DNA from: Octopus sinensis
Lineage: Eukaryota
Assembly: GCF_006345805.1 (NCBI RefSeq)
Contig: NC_043000.1
Coordinates: 35,960,001-36,024,000, forward strand
Length of the DNA: 64,000 nucleotides
Reading direction: 5' to 3'
Under the pieces are notes generated by a model that had not been told where the DNA came from, made no database searches, and saw nothing but the letters and a program-made list of their open reading frames with translations. Positions 16,343 through 27,398 of the stretch are shown here, in pieces (position 1 is the first letter of the stretch; the number at the start of each line of letters is the position of its first letter). The position numbers and the translations under genes were made by a program.

Positions 16343-17233
16343 TTGATGACATCAAAGGATACCAGGAGTGCCTCCTCGTTAACTGTTTTCGGGAGGTGTT
16401 TGAGCATGTCCAGATCATCCCTAATGAAACTTTTGATGTGGGTAAGGAAAGGTTTCAAAAGGATGTCTAGGAAGTTACTCAGGCGGTGTGTTTCACAGGA
16501 GGTACCAGCCACGATGGGCCTTAGTTTTAGGTCCTCCGGTGCTTTGATGTTGATGTGGACCACACCACACACCACACACAACCTCACACAACCTAACACC
16601 ACACACAACCTCAAAATACTTCCATACATTTCCACCCACAACCCCAAAAATATCGAAGCATACACCACAATCATACAAAACCTCAGTCTACTGTCAACAT
16701 ACCCAAAAATGAAAAACATTATAAATACACACAAAATCCTCAAATGCAAAAGGCAACACAAATCTTTAAAAAAACTCTTGACAAATGCCAAACTTCACAC
16801 ACCACATCCACCCCCAACAGTAAAAAAATGTGCACGCTCAAACTGTGGTACCTGCCCCTTTCTACTTGAAGGCTCTGAATTTACCTTCAAACAAGGTACG
16901 AAGTTTAAAATCAAGACTAACTTCTCCTGTTCCTCCGAGAACCTTATCTACGTTCTCACATGCGCTGGTTGCCAACATAATTATGTTGGACAAACGAGTC
17001 TCCCGTTACGTAAACGAGTAACGGTGCATAAAGAACAAATAAATCTCCCGGAATACCGACAAATTCCACTGAGTGACCACTTAGACTCATGTGCTAAAGA
17101 CTTAAACCCCAAATTCTATATATTCCCCTTCTACCAATGTAAAGACGGGATCACCACTCAGGAGAGAATTAACAAGGAGAATCTCTTTATTGAAAAATTC
17201 CAAACACAACTTAATATGCAAACTCCTCGTTGA
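16343..17233 (+). CDS. Stand-alone GIY-YIG endonuclease ORF from the inverted PLE copy (N-terminal ~72 aa are antisense RT)
   Basis: 296 aa ORF (TTG at 16343, ATG at 16346) with Cys linker and complete GIY-YIG ending ERINKENLFIEKFQTQLNMQTPR*. Whether it is expressed is unknown. Confidence 0.7.
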   Translation: MMTSKDTRSASSLTVFGRCLSMSRSSLMKLLMWVRKGFKRMSRKLLRRCVSQEVPATMGLSFRSSGALMLMWTTPHTTHNLTQPNTTHNLKILPYISTHNPKNIEAYTTIIQNLSLLSTYPKMKNIINTHKILKCKRQHKSLKKLLTNAKLHTPHPPPTVKKCARSNCGTCPFLLEGSEFTFKQGTKFKIKTNFSCSSENLIYVLTCAGCQHNYVGQTSLPLRKRVTVHKEQINLPEYRQIPLSDHLDSCAKDLNPKFYIFPFYQCKDGITTQERINKENLFIEKFQTQLNMQTPR

Positions 17234-18043
17234 TCAAACTTCCTTTCTCTACCTCACTCTTCATGGATGGACTAACACAAATATATAAAGATACCATGCA
17301 TTCATCACTTCAAGCTAAAACTTATATTCTTTAAATATCATTTTTACTATTGTTGTTATTACTATCATTTTTATTATAAATGATATGACAATTTGAAATG
17401 CAATTGTCTATGCAGATTTATATTATTAGAAAATATATAAATAAAGTGTTAAAATCTGAAAGTTAAGTTAACAAGCAATTATATAAAAAAGATAATGCAA
17501 ATGAAGCTAAAATGATAGTTTTATAATTTGGGTTTTATTGAAGAACTCAAAAGAGTTGTCTCCCCTTACCCACAACACAGGAACTGAAGAACCAGGACCA
17601 CAATTACTACTACTTCCTGTCCTGCAACATGCTGAATTTAACAACACAACACATCACATGCTCTTAATCCCTTTGGATCTTAACACCTCAAGTAATTTTT
17701 TGGTAAACAACCATAAAACTCAAGATACACAACGAACTCACAATGTATCGGAGAACTTATTTTTTAATTTTTGTACATTTTTATCATTATTCTTTTACAA
17801 AAAACAATGCAATTTTCTTTTTTTCCCCTTTCTAATTTTTAAAATAACTTCTTAAAACATAGATATTCTTGACAAGTCATACAATGACGAAAACCGGTTG
17901 AATAAATATATATTTATATATTTTATCATTTTCTCATTTTATTAAAATTTTCTTTCATTTGAGCATTCTGCATTTTTAAAAAAGATTTTTCCTTACTTAT
18001 CATTTCTCCACGTGCGGTCAACACAACCCCACCATTTATTGAT

Positions 18044-18120
<77 letters not shown>

Positions 18121-18318
18121 GTGTGTGTGTGTGGTGTGTGTATTTATATCTTTTGTATATATGTATTTTTATGTGTTTCAGCCTAAAGGCTGTGACCATT
18201 CTGAAGTACCACCAGTCTCATCATTATGTTCTCAATCGCTGGCTTTTGGTGAATGAGGAGCCTTAATAATGGTGTCATCGTTTGATTTTCTCGCTGTGAT
18301 GTTCAAACGAGAGTAGCA

Positions 18319-18358
<40 letters not shown>

Positions 18359-19484
18359 TACGGAGATGTACTTGCATAGCAAGTGACTTGATCTGAGATC
18401 GTGTGCGGAAACAGAAACAATTGCAGAAAGGAAGATATTTGTAAGCCATTCAAGAACACACAAAAAACCGTTAGTTTCACTTCAACATTTAATTTTCATT
18501 TAGGTCAAAATATTTTCGCTGCACAAAGTTTTGTCAATGAACAGGTTGCGGTTTCAAAGCATCGAAACTCTTTTAACACAAATGCAAATTAAATGTTGAA
18601 GTGAAACTATTACATGCAAAACACCACCAAAGGCCTACTCTAAGTTGTAACTGTCGAGACCCAGGAATCTGTCCACTCGACGTTGGGATGCATGATTAAA
18701 TCGGCGATATATGAGGGAGAAGTTACAGCAACGTTAGATGATAACATAACCGAAAAAAAGAAGAGCTAAAATCCGGCTATGTGACGGTGATTTCAAAAAT
18801 CGCTATGTTAGCCATGTATCTTCCTTTCAACATAGGGACAAAAGCAAAGCCACTAAGTTGGTTAGCCGCATATGGGGTTTGAAACCTAACGACACATACA
18901 ATAAAGTGGAAAACAGAGTTTAAAAGTACGCACCGTGTGTCGACGGATCCAGAAAACATGTAAGCTATGTGTAGCTGAAAGGACACATATCCTTTTCAGA
19001 TCCAGGAACTCCACCGCAGTGCTGAATTCCAGATCTGAAAATTTCAGCAGGTGTAAACATATGAATAATGTGGCTGCTCCATGTTACTACTAGTTTAAAC
19101 CCAGTCAGATCTTTGACCAGCTGGTTATCGGTGCGGCACTGCACCCTGTATATACATATATATTACCAGAAGGAGGAGCAAACCCCTACCATCCTCTAGC
19201 GGACAACAGGATCGCGTGACTGACTCAGCTTCGAGCTGGTTGGGTCATCTTCAGTCGCGAGTATCTGGTCGCCATTGTGATAGACGAGGCCCACTCCAGC
19301 TAGCAATATATTGCTAGAAGATGGTAGGGTTCTCTCCCACTACCGCACCGATAACCAGTTGGTGGCAGATATGCCTGGGGTTAAACTAGTAGTAACATGA
19401 AACAGCCAATTTTATGTGGCAATTAGGTTTACTTGTTAATATAGTTACTATTAATCTGATCTCTTCTTGAGATTTTACAACTAG

Positions 19485-19541
<57 letters not shown>

Positions 19542-19953
19542 TGCACGCGCACTCACACACACTTACGCACACTCACACACACATACACACACATATTAAT
19601 GTTTGTTTTTAATATCGAGTTATATAAATCAAGTTTACATTAAACTGAAGAATTACTCAATAATTTTTGAAGAATACATATATAGAATTTCTTTTAAAGG
19701 AAAATTGCTGACCGTGACTTCGAAGGCACTCTATCTGCATATAGCAGAGGATAAGAAGAGATGGGAAAGTAGTTGGAAAGGTGTCACATTATGTATAAGA
19801 CAGCTGTAGAGAAGAAAGCATAAAGGAAATATAAATTCTTTGAAAAACTTGGAGAATCAGGTGAGCGAAAATCCTAAAACGCCATTCTGTAGTGTTCCTG
19901 ATGAGGAGAATATGAGAGATCCTACGTAATGGTTGAACCTGAACTGTTTGTGT

Positions 19954-19957
<4 letters not shown>
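16589..19957. repeat. Right arm of a 3.4 kb inverted repeat
   Basis: Starts CAACCTAACACCACACACAACCTC (rc of 15580-15603) and ends GTTTGTGTATTG (rc of 12211-12222). Confidence 0.98.
17864..17904 (+). ncRNA. Variant hammerhead-like motif in PLE 3' UTR (mirror copy 14289-14329, minus strand)
   Basis: TATTC-TTGACAA-GTCAT-ACA-ATGAC-GAAAA-CCGG-T-T-GAATA: perfect stems I and II, U3/A8 core variant, one extra A. Confidence 0.55.
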
Positions 19958-20004
<47 letters not shown>

Positions 20005-20404
20005 AATGTGGAGGTGTGTGTGTGTGTGTGAGGGGAATTGGTTAGTGACTAGCAGAAGAAGCAGTTATAGATCACGTTTATAGACAAGGTCTCTCTTGAT
20101 CTTAAGCAAGTTAGTTACTCCAAGAAGTCTGTTTTGACCAATATAACCAAACTGATCAGAGATTCTGACTTATTTCTACGTTTTCCGTTTTCAACAAACC
20201 AGCTCTGAAGAATAGAACATTGGTGACGACGGGTCTGCGAGTGATCTCGTTTCTGCTTTTCCAGCTATTCTTTCTTGTTCCCGCCCTGAGCAACAACAAC
20301 AACAGCAACAGCAACAGTAACAACGGAAGCAGCAGCAGAAGAAGCAAAGGTTCCTTCAATTTGAAGAGCTTTGAGTCTATCAAAGGCGGGAACAGACACG
20401 TACA

Positions 20405-20471
<67 letters not shown>

Positions 20472-20472
<1 letters not shown>

Positions 20473-20690
20473 CACACGCACACGTATACACACGCACACG
20501 TATACGCACGCACACGTATACACACGCACACGTATACACACGCACACGTATACACACGCACACGTATACACACGCACACGTATACACACGCACACGTATA
20601 CACACGCACACGTGCGTGCACACATGCATGCGCGCGTGCACACATGCATGCGCGCGTGCACACATGCATGCGCGCGTGCACACACACACA
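20472..20690. repeat. Minisatellite: ~7x CACACGCACACGTATA then 3x CACATGCATGCGCGCGTGCA
   Basis: Direct reading; almost purely alternating purine-pyrimidine. Confidence 0.9.
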
Positions 20691-21419
20691 CACATTCTAT
20701 CTTTATGGACACATGCACGCGTAAACAGTATTCCATTGAAGAAATCAAATTTAAGCATAAGGCTAATAAGGAAATGGAATAAACGAACAAGAAGCTCTCT
20801 GTTAAAGATTCAATCTTTGTTTTTTGTTTGTTTTGAATGCTTTTCTGTTTTTTTTTTTACGATTGAATCTATTGATCTTTATTTTACAAGATTGATCACT
20901 AAAGCATCTCTCGGCTGTCAAACCTCTTGAGTGATGTGCTCCAGTTTTCTAACCTATTGCTTCGTCTTTCACCCATCTTTTCGCTTATATTTACCGAAAT
21001 CAAGCGAGTCATAAAATGCAAACAGAACAGATGGGCTGAAAATAAAAAAAACCCAAAAAATAAACAACAACACAATATAAGATGAATTATTAAACCTATA
21101 TACAAGAAACGAACAAAAACAAAAGAGAACACTGCATAATAACACAAATTATACACACACAAAAAAAAAAACTTGAAAGAAACAAAACAAATGGAATCAT
21201 TTCAGTTGTAATATGCTTAGTTCAGTTGAAATGAAGTTGTTGTTGTTGTTGTTGATGTGGATCTTAATGAAATTGACTGAGATCTGCTCATTTCATTTAT
21301 TAGTGTATTAATTAAGAAAGTGCTACCGATAAAGTAATGGAGAAAGTCTTGTGAGCCGAACCGGTCAACCATCCAAATCGCCAATCACACCCATTCACCT
21401 GCTCACCGATTTAATATTG

Positions 21420-21910
21420 CATCCATCCATCCATCCATCCATCCTTCCATCCATCCATCCATCCATCCTTCCATCCATCCATCAATCCATCCATCCATCC
21501 ATCCATCCATCCATCCATCCATCCATCCATCCATCCATCTACCCTTCCTCTGGCCACCCGTCCTTCCATCCGTCCATTCATCCGTCCGTCCGTCCGTCCG
21601 TCCATCCGTTCGTCTGTCCGTTCGTCGATCGATCGATCGATCGATCTATCCATCCGTCTTTCCCCCTTGGCCCCGTCCGTCCATCCATCCCACATTTCCA
21701 CGCTTTCTCCTCTCCTCCATGGTTCCTTTTCTCCTGCTTCTATCTCTCTTCATCACTCCCTCCCTCCCTCCCTCCCTTCCTCCCTCCCTCCGTCCGTCTG
21801 TCCATCCATCCATGCATCCATCCTTCATTTCCACCTTCTCTCCTCTCCTTCATGCTTCCTTTTTCCCTGCTTCTATCTCTCTTCACCCCTCCTTCCCTCC
21901 TTCCTTCATC
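21420..21910. repeat. (CCAT)n/(CCGT)n/(CGAT)n tract followed by a short CT-rich tandem duplication
   Basis: Direct reading; CTGCTTCTATCTCTCTTCA occurs twice ~135 bp apart. Confidence 0.85.
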
Positions 21911-23834
21911 CAACCAACCATCGGTCTATCTACACATTCATCCAGTTATTTAACCCTAACCCTCAACTAGCCAACGACTGATCTTTTAGAAGAAGCAGCT
22001 ATATCTCCTTCAAATCACATCCTGCCTTCTGAAGAAAGGAAGGGCGTGGTCGTCGGTAATATGTAAATATATTTATTTCTGGAGAAGAGAGACCGACGGG
22101 ATGGTCATGCCTGAGATGCCCTTGGTCATAAATCGTCTACTCAGTGAGGGCAAAATTGGTGTTAAACAGCAACAAAAACAGCAGCAGCAGCAATAACTAT
22201 AACAACCACACAGCTAACGATCCGAAAGACGCAGTCTTCAGCAACATAATATTTTAGATGGGTAGAAAAGAATGGGATGTGAAGCCAGCGTTGGTAGCGT
22301 CGATTTATTTAACTATCGTCATCATCATCATCACCGCCGCCGCCGCCGCCACCACCACCACCACCACCACCACCACCACCAAAAACCACCACCACCACCA
22401 CCACCATCACTACCATCATCATCATCATCATCATCATCATTATTAGTACACAGAGAAAACAAGTGTTTGGACCTAATTAAAGATGGCAGCCAGTGACGAG
22501 GAAAGACGTTAACGCATAAAGCACGGCGTCCTCAAGGAATAGCATTAATGTAGACAGCAATCTGTTTGATTTGTTGCAAGAGAAGAAAATTGGACAAGAT
22601 AAGAGGAGAACAAGAAAACGGTAAGAACAAAGAAAAGGAAGAAAAGAAAGAGAAGAAAATGAGTGAAAAAAAAAAACCGGAAAGTTCCTCCTTATTTTGT
22701 TTTTCATTTGTTTTTGTTGTTTAGAAGAAATTCTTGTTGAACATGGACAAAATAAATAATAGGAGAATAAGACAGTATATAGTGAGAAGATAAGAGTAAA
22801 ATCGTAAAAGAAGAGCATAAAAAATGTGAAAATAAAAGCGAAAATATAAATAAAATACAATATAGACACAAACAAATAAATAACTGTACAAAGTGAGAAG
22901 AAAAGGGAAAAATTAAGAGAAAAAACAATGTAAGAATAAGGTTTTAAAAGGAATGTGTGATGTGAAAAAGTGGAGGTGGGTAATATGACAAACAAGAAGT
23001 AAGATAAAATAATTGGAAATGTTTTCCCCCTCCGGCACGTAAAAACAAAGAAAATTACTGAAAATTAGGAACTAAAGAAAATGGTAGAATTTATGAAAAA
23101 AAATGGAGAAGAAAAGAAAATGAATAAGATTAAATAGGAGAGGTAAACTGTGAAACATGCTACGGTAAATAGAAGTAAATGGATATGTGTGATTGCTCAG
23201 TAAACCATTGAAGGTTGTTGTTGAGGCCTACTTGCGAGTGTGCACATGTATATGTGTGCATGTGTTGTGTGTGTGTGCGCGTGTGTTTTGTGTGTGTGTG
23301 TTATGTGTGTGTGTTGTGTTGTGTGTGCGTGTCGTGTGTTAGTGTGTGTGCTTTTGTTTGTGTGTGTGCGTGCGTATGTGCGTGTGTGTAAATAGATTTC
23401 GTCGGAGCTAGAGACGGTTGAGCAACGCATTGCACATGCTTTAACCCTAGGCCAACCCTTAATGAGTGTGTTCACGAACATCGTTCCAGCCGTGATCAAC
23501 ACGAAATGTTTTTCCTTTCAAAATGCATGCTTCTTCAATTTTTATAAATTCAGTAAGGTGTGATTTGAGGTCGATTTGGTTGCTATTGTTAGTCGTCCGA
23601 CCGAGCATCAGGATATTTCCTCATTGATTTGCAGGAATTATATAAGGAAGAGCGTTCCAAGACTATTGGATAGAATTGATTTCTCTAAAGAAGGAACTTA
23701 AAGATATACGACACACGATAAGGTTATTGCTTAATGATAAATTTATTGCCACATGTTAAAGCTATTGCTACATGATACACATATATCTTCTTTTAACTAT
23801 AATGTGTATGTATGTATGCATGTATATATATATA

Positions 23835-24444
23835 TGAATGGTCCCTTTGCATACTGAACACTTGGTGAAATTGATTAATAATTAATTAATTTTGCCCTCA
23901 ATTGTTGAAATTATAATTAATCTCCCTCTGATTAATGCTTCGGATTTTACCGAAATAAGCATAGTGTTTGATGATTTTAACCCACGCTGGTGGAAAGGGG
24001 AGAACAGAGATTCTTCGCTTGCTTATTTGAATTGTTGGCACTGTAGTTACGAGCAGATCTTCGAAAGGGTATGTTCTTATTTTCAGTGTTTCCAAATCCA
24101 AACCAAGGAATTTCTGAGCTGATGATAGAAGTGTTGTTTGACTAATCTTGAAACGTACGTTCTCAAATAACCTTAGCATTTGATTTTTCGATGTCCTTAC
24201 CCCAAACTTTTGTGAGTTGAATTAAGCAAACACTATATATGAGAGAGATTTTCTTTAAGTATTAGAAATAGCTTTAAAAAAGTTTTTTAGCTGCTATTTC
24301 TAATGAGTTCAGTATGCGGCAAAGTAATTTATTTTACTAAGCCCTTTTATATAATGTAATAATTTGAATTCGCCTTGAATGTCCCTTTGCTACTGAACAC
24401 TTGGTGAAATTGATTAATATTAATTAATTTGCCCTCAATTGTTG

Positions 24445-24452
<8 letters not shown>
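23835..24452 (+). mobile_element. Unit bounded by ~78 bp direct repeats (23835-23914 and 24376-24452) carrying a hammerhead motif
   Basis: TGAATG(G)TCCCTTTGC(A)TACTGAACACTTGGTGAAATTGATTAAT...GCCCTCAATTGTTGAAATTATA occurs twice, period 541 bp. Confidence 0.75.
24115..24165 (+). ncRNA. Minimal type I hammerhead-like motif
   Basis: TGAG-CTGATGA-T-AGA..AGT/ACT..TCT-T-GAAA-CGTACG-T-T-CTCA: canonical core, palindromic stem III, 4-bp stem I; stem II imperfect and lacks the G-C closing pair. Confidence 0.6.
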
Positions 24453-24503
<51 letters not shown>

Positions 24504-25049
24504 TATTTATATTATTATATGCTTGGACGCAACGAATCCTCTTCTAAGTAAGTTTTATCTTAATAATTCTGATGTGCACTCTATTCGATCTTTTTACTCT
24601 TTCGTTTTTCTCTCTTATTCTTTTACTTCCACTTCTCCCTCTATTCTATCCGATCACTCTGTCACTCTTTCTCTCCTTCACTCCTCCTCCCTTGCTCACG
24701 TGGTTCCTACGTGACCATCGGCCATCTTTCTTTCTCCTCCTAACTTGGGTTTGTTTCTCTCCGTTGTAGCTGGAAAAAGGAAGACATGTTCTTGTCTGTC
24801 TCCTGCTCAAACTTGACTTACGCGTTCGCTTTGTTTTCTGAATTTATTATCATCTTAAAATCATCTCATAATAATGACTTTTATGACTTTTATTACTACC
24901 TCAGTCCATCTAGATGTATATATTTGTTGTTACCTGTCATAAAAAGCCTTTTTTTATTTGCAATGTGCATTTTCGTTGATTTTTCATATTTTACCCTTAC
25001 ATTTCCACGTGTATTTTATATTTTCTTTTTGTAACATATTTCTACTATA

Positions 25050-27339
25050 TTTCATTACACGTGTGATCGAAAATGCCGCAAAATTCAAACTCTGCAGTGA
25101 AAACTCTCAAAGAAGAGACCCTTAAGGAACTGAAAGAGATTAACACAAATTTGAGACTTTTAATTAGCAAGATCGAAGAACTCACTTGCTGTACACAAGA
25201 GGCAAAAGAAAAAGAAGAGAAAGAACATCCTCTGGAACAACTCAATCACCATTTGTCCGAATTATGCACCACTCTTTACTCTTTACCTCATAACAATCTT
25301 CTAAATGAAAATCCCCTTATAGATGATACACAAGACAGCAATCCCTCCACAATTACACTATCTATTAAAAACCGCATTATCCACAAATGGAATGAAAAAA
25401 CTTAAAGACAGAAAATTTCCTTTCTGGAATACGATTAAAAACAGCCACAACGCAGAAATCTACGAACGCTGGCTAAATTCTACACCAATAATTTTACTTC
25501 TTAAATTCCAAATTAAGCGTATTCCAAACGAGGAAGATCAACAAAGACAAGAGAGAAACTTACACTGGAAAAAATGAAGACAGAAATAGAACTCCTTAAA
25601 CTTAGATCACTAAGCAATGAACAAATATTTGAAAACATAGATGAGGAGATTTACAACGAATTAAAGAAACTTGCAGACGGCCCCCGCTTGGAAAATGTTT
25701 TTAAACTATGGAAAACAACTTGCGTGGATGAAGAAACTAACTCCCTACAATGCTGGGATAAACAAGCCAATTTCTTTAATAACTACGAAACTCAGTTTAA
25801 CATAGGAAATGCATTGGATAACCTCTTCCTGAAGAAAAATAAACCAAAAACAGACACAGAAATGACCCCACGTGTATCTAACACAAACCACAGACGGTAT
25901 AGGGGACGTAACTCGACCCTCTTTAACTCTCTTACTCCCCCAAATAACTATCAAACAACTATCGATAATTCAACCCACAGGAGGAAATCTAGATATAATC
26001 TTCAAGGTATCCCACATACAAGCCAAAGATTACATCGAAACCTCCAGACTAACCTATGTTTTGGTGAACCAATTCCTACCAGGAAGAACTTACCTTCGAG
26101 ACTTTACCCCCAACACAGCCACTTCAAGCAGTCAACTAGACAAAACATGACCAGACAACATAACCTCTCCCTCCAACCATATTACAAGATTAAAAATCAA
26201 TTAAACCCAAACTACATGAGCCACAGACGATATAACAACCCTCAGTACAACCATAATCCAGTACACTACACAACCACTCCACTACAAACATACTACCATA
26301 GACACACTTTACACCTACCTTTTCCTCAGCAAACCAAACAAAATACAGACCTTCCACTTCAATCCACCTACTACAACCATTTTTTAGACGCAAACCAGCG
26401 AAACAGAGATGTGAAATGGAAACAAATAAACAAGTCCAACCGAAAATAATCAACCTGTCAAAGAAAATCCTGAGTTCTACACAAACCAAAATCCTAGCAA
26501 GAGGTTTAAAATTTATCCCTACCCCACGCAGATCGAACCCAAATGAAATTAAGGACAATACTATGGACTTCTGCCGAAAATTACGCCTCACAGAAGCACT
26601 TCACAACTACACCAGTGAAGATGATTCAATAGTGAAAAACAAAAGTGAATACCGTCCTACAAAAGGCAGAAATAAAGCACTTGATGTTTTTTGTGATCAC
26701 ATAACTTGTCTTCCTTACAATACCATTCCAAAACGACATACTAAATCCAACCTTAATTTAAATGAATGGAAAGACCTTGTCGAGCTAAATAATGACATAA
26801 ACATCACCATTAAAGAAGCCGACAAAGGAAGTGCAGTAGTAGTGATGGATACAGAGTACTACATAAATCTAATACTTTCCATGTTGGAAAATAATACTTA
26901 CTATGAGAAATTAATGCATTACAGCCCACAGTTAACACTGAAAAACTTATCCTCCTTACTCTAAATTCATGGAAAGGGTCTCACTACACATGAATTAGAC
27001 TATTTATCCAATTTCAAATACAGTCCTAGTCTATTCTACGGATTACCCAAAATACATAAAAATCCACTCATTTGTGAAGCCTGCAAAGTCTCTACAAGCC
27101 TATGCATTAATGTCCCTCCCCCTACTGAGCGCAAATTGAGACCCATCATAGCTGGCTCTTCTTGTGAAACTCACCGTTTGAGCAACTTCCTCGACATATT
27201 ACTCAAACCTCTTTTAAAATATGTGTAAAGCTTTATCAGGGATGACATAGACATGCTGAACCACCTCCCGAAGACAGTAAAGGACGGAACCCTGCTGGTA
27301 TCTTTCGATGTGGTGAATCTATACACCAATATCCCACAC
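25050..27339 (+). pseudogene. 5' half of a second Neptune-type PLE (long N-terminal region to start of RT), with stops and frameshifts, ending in (TA)n
   Basis: KIINLSKKIL...LARGLKFIPTP, ITIKEADKGSAVVVMD, LFYGLPKIHK, KLRPIIAG...SFDVVNLYTNIPH. Confidence 0.9.
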
Positions 27340-27398
27340 GTATATATATATATGTGTATATGCAAATATATATTATTTATATTATTATTATTATTATT

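Noticed and set aside
17538-17855. 105 aa ORF in the PLE 3' UTR, possibly the N-terminus of a next tandem copy
   Set aside because: Only faint word matches (IEEL, DTQ) to the 25073 ORF; not enough to support.
19890-19935. CTGATGA-GGAG...ATCC hammerhead-like start near the palindrome's outer end (mirror at ~12235-12275)
   Set aside because: No GAAA after the putative stem II; too degenerate to call.
20220-20400. Signal-peptide-like hydrophobic stretch followed by N/S-rich sequence
   Set aside because: The start is TTG, the ORF runs straight into microsatellites, and no homology is recognisable. It could be UTR but I cannot support that.
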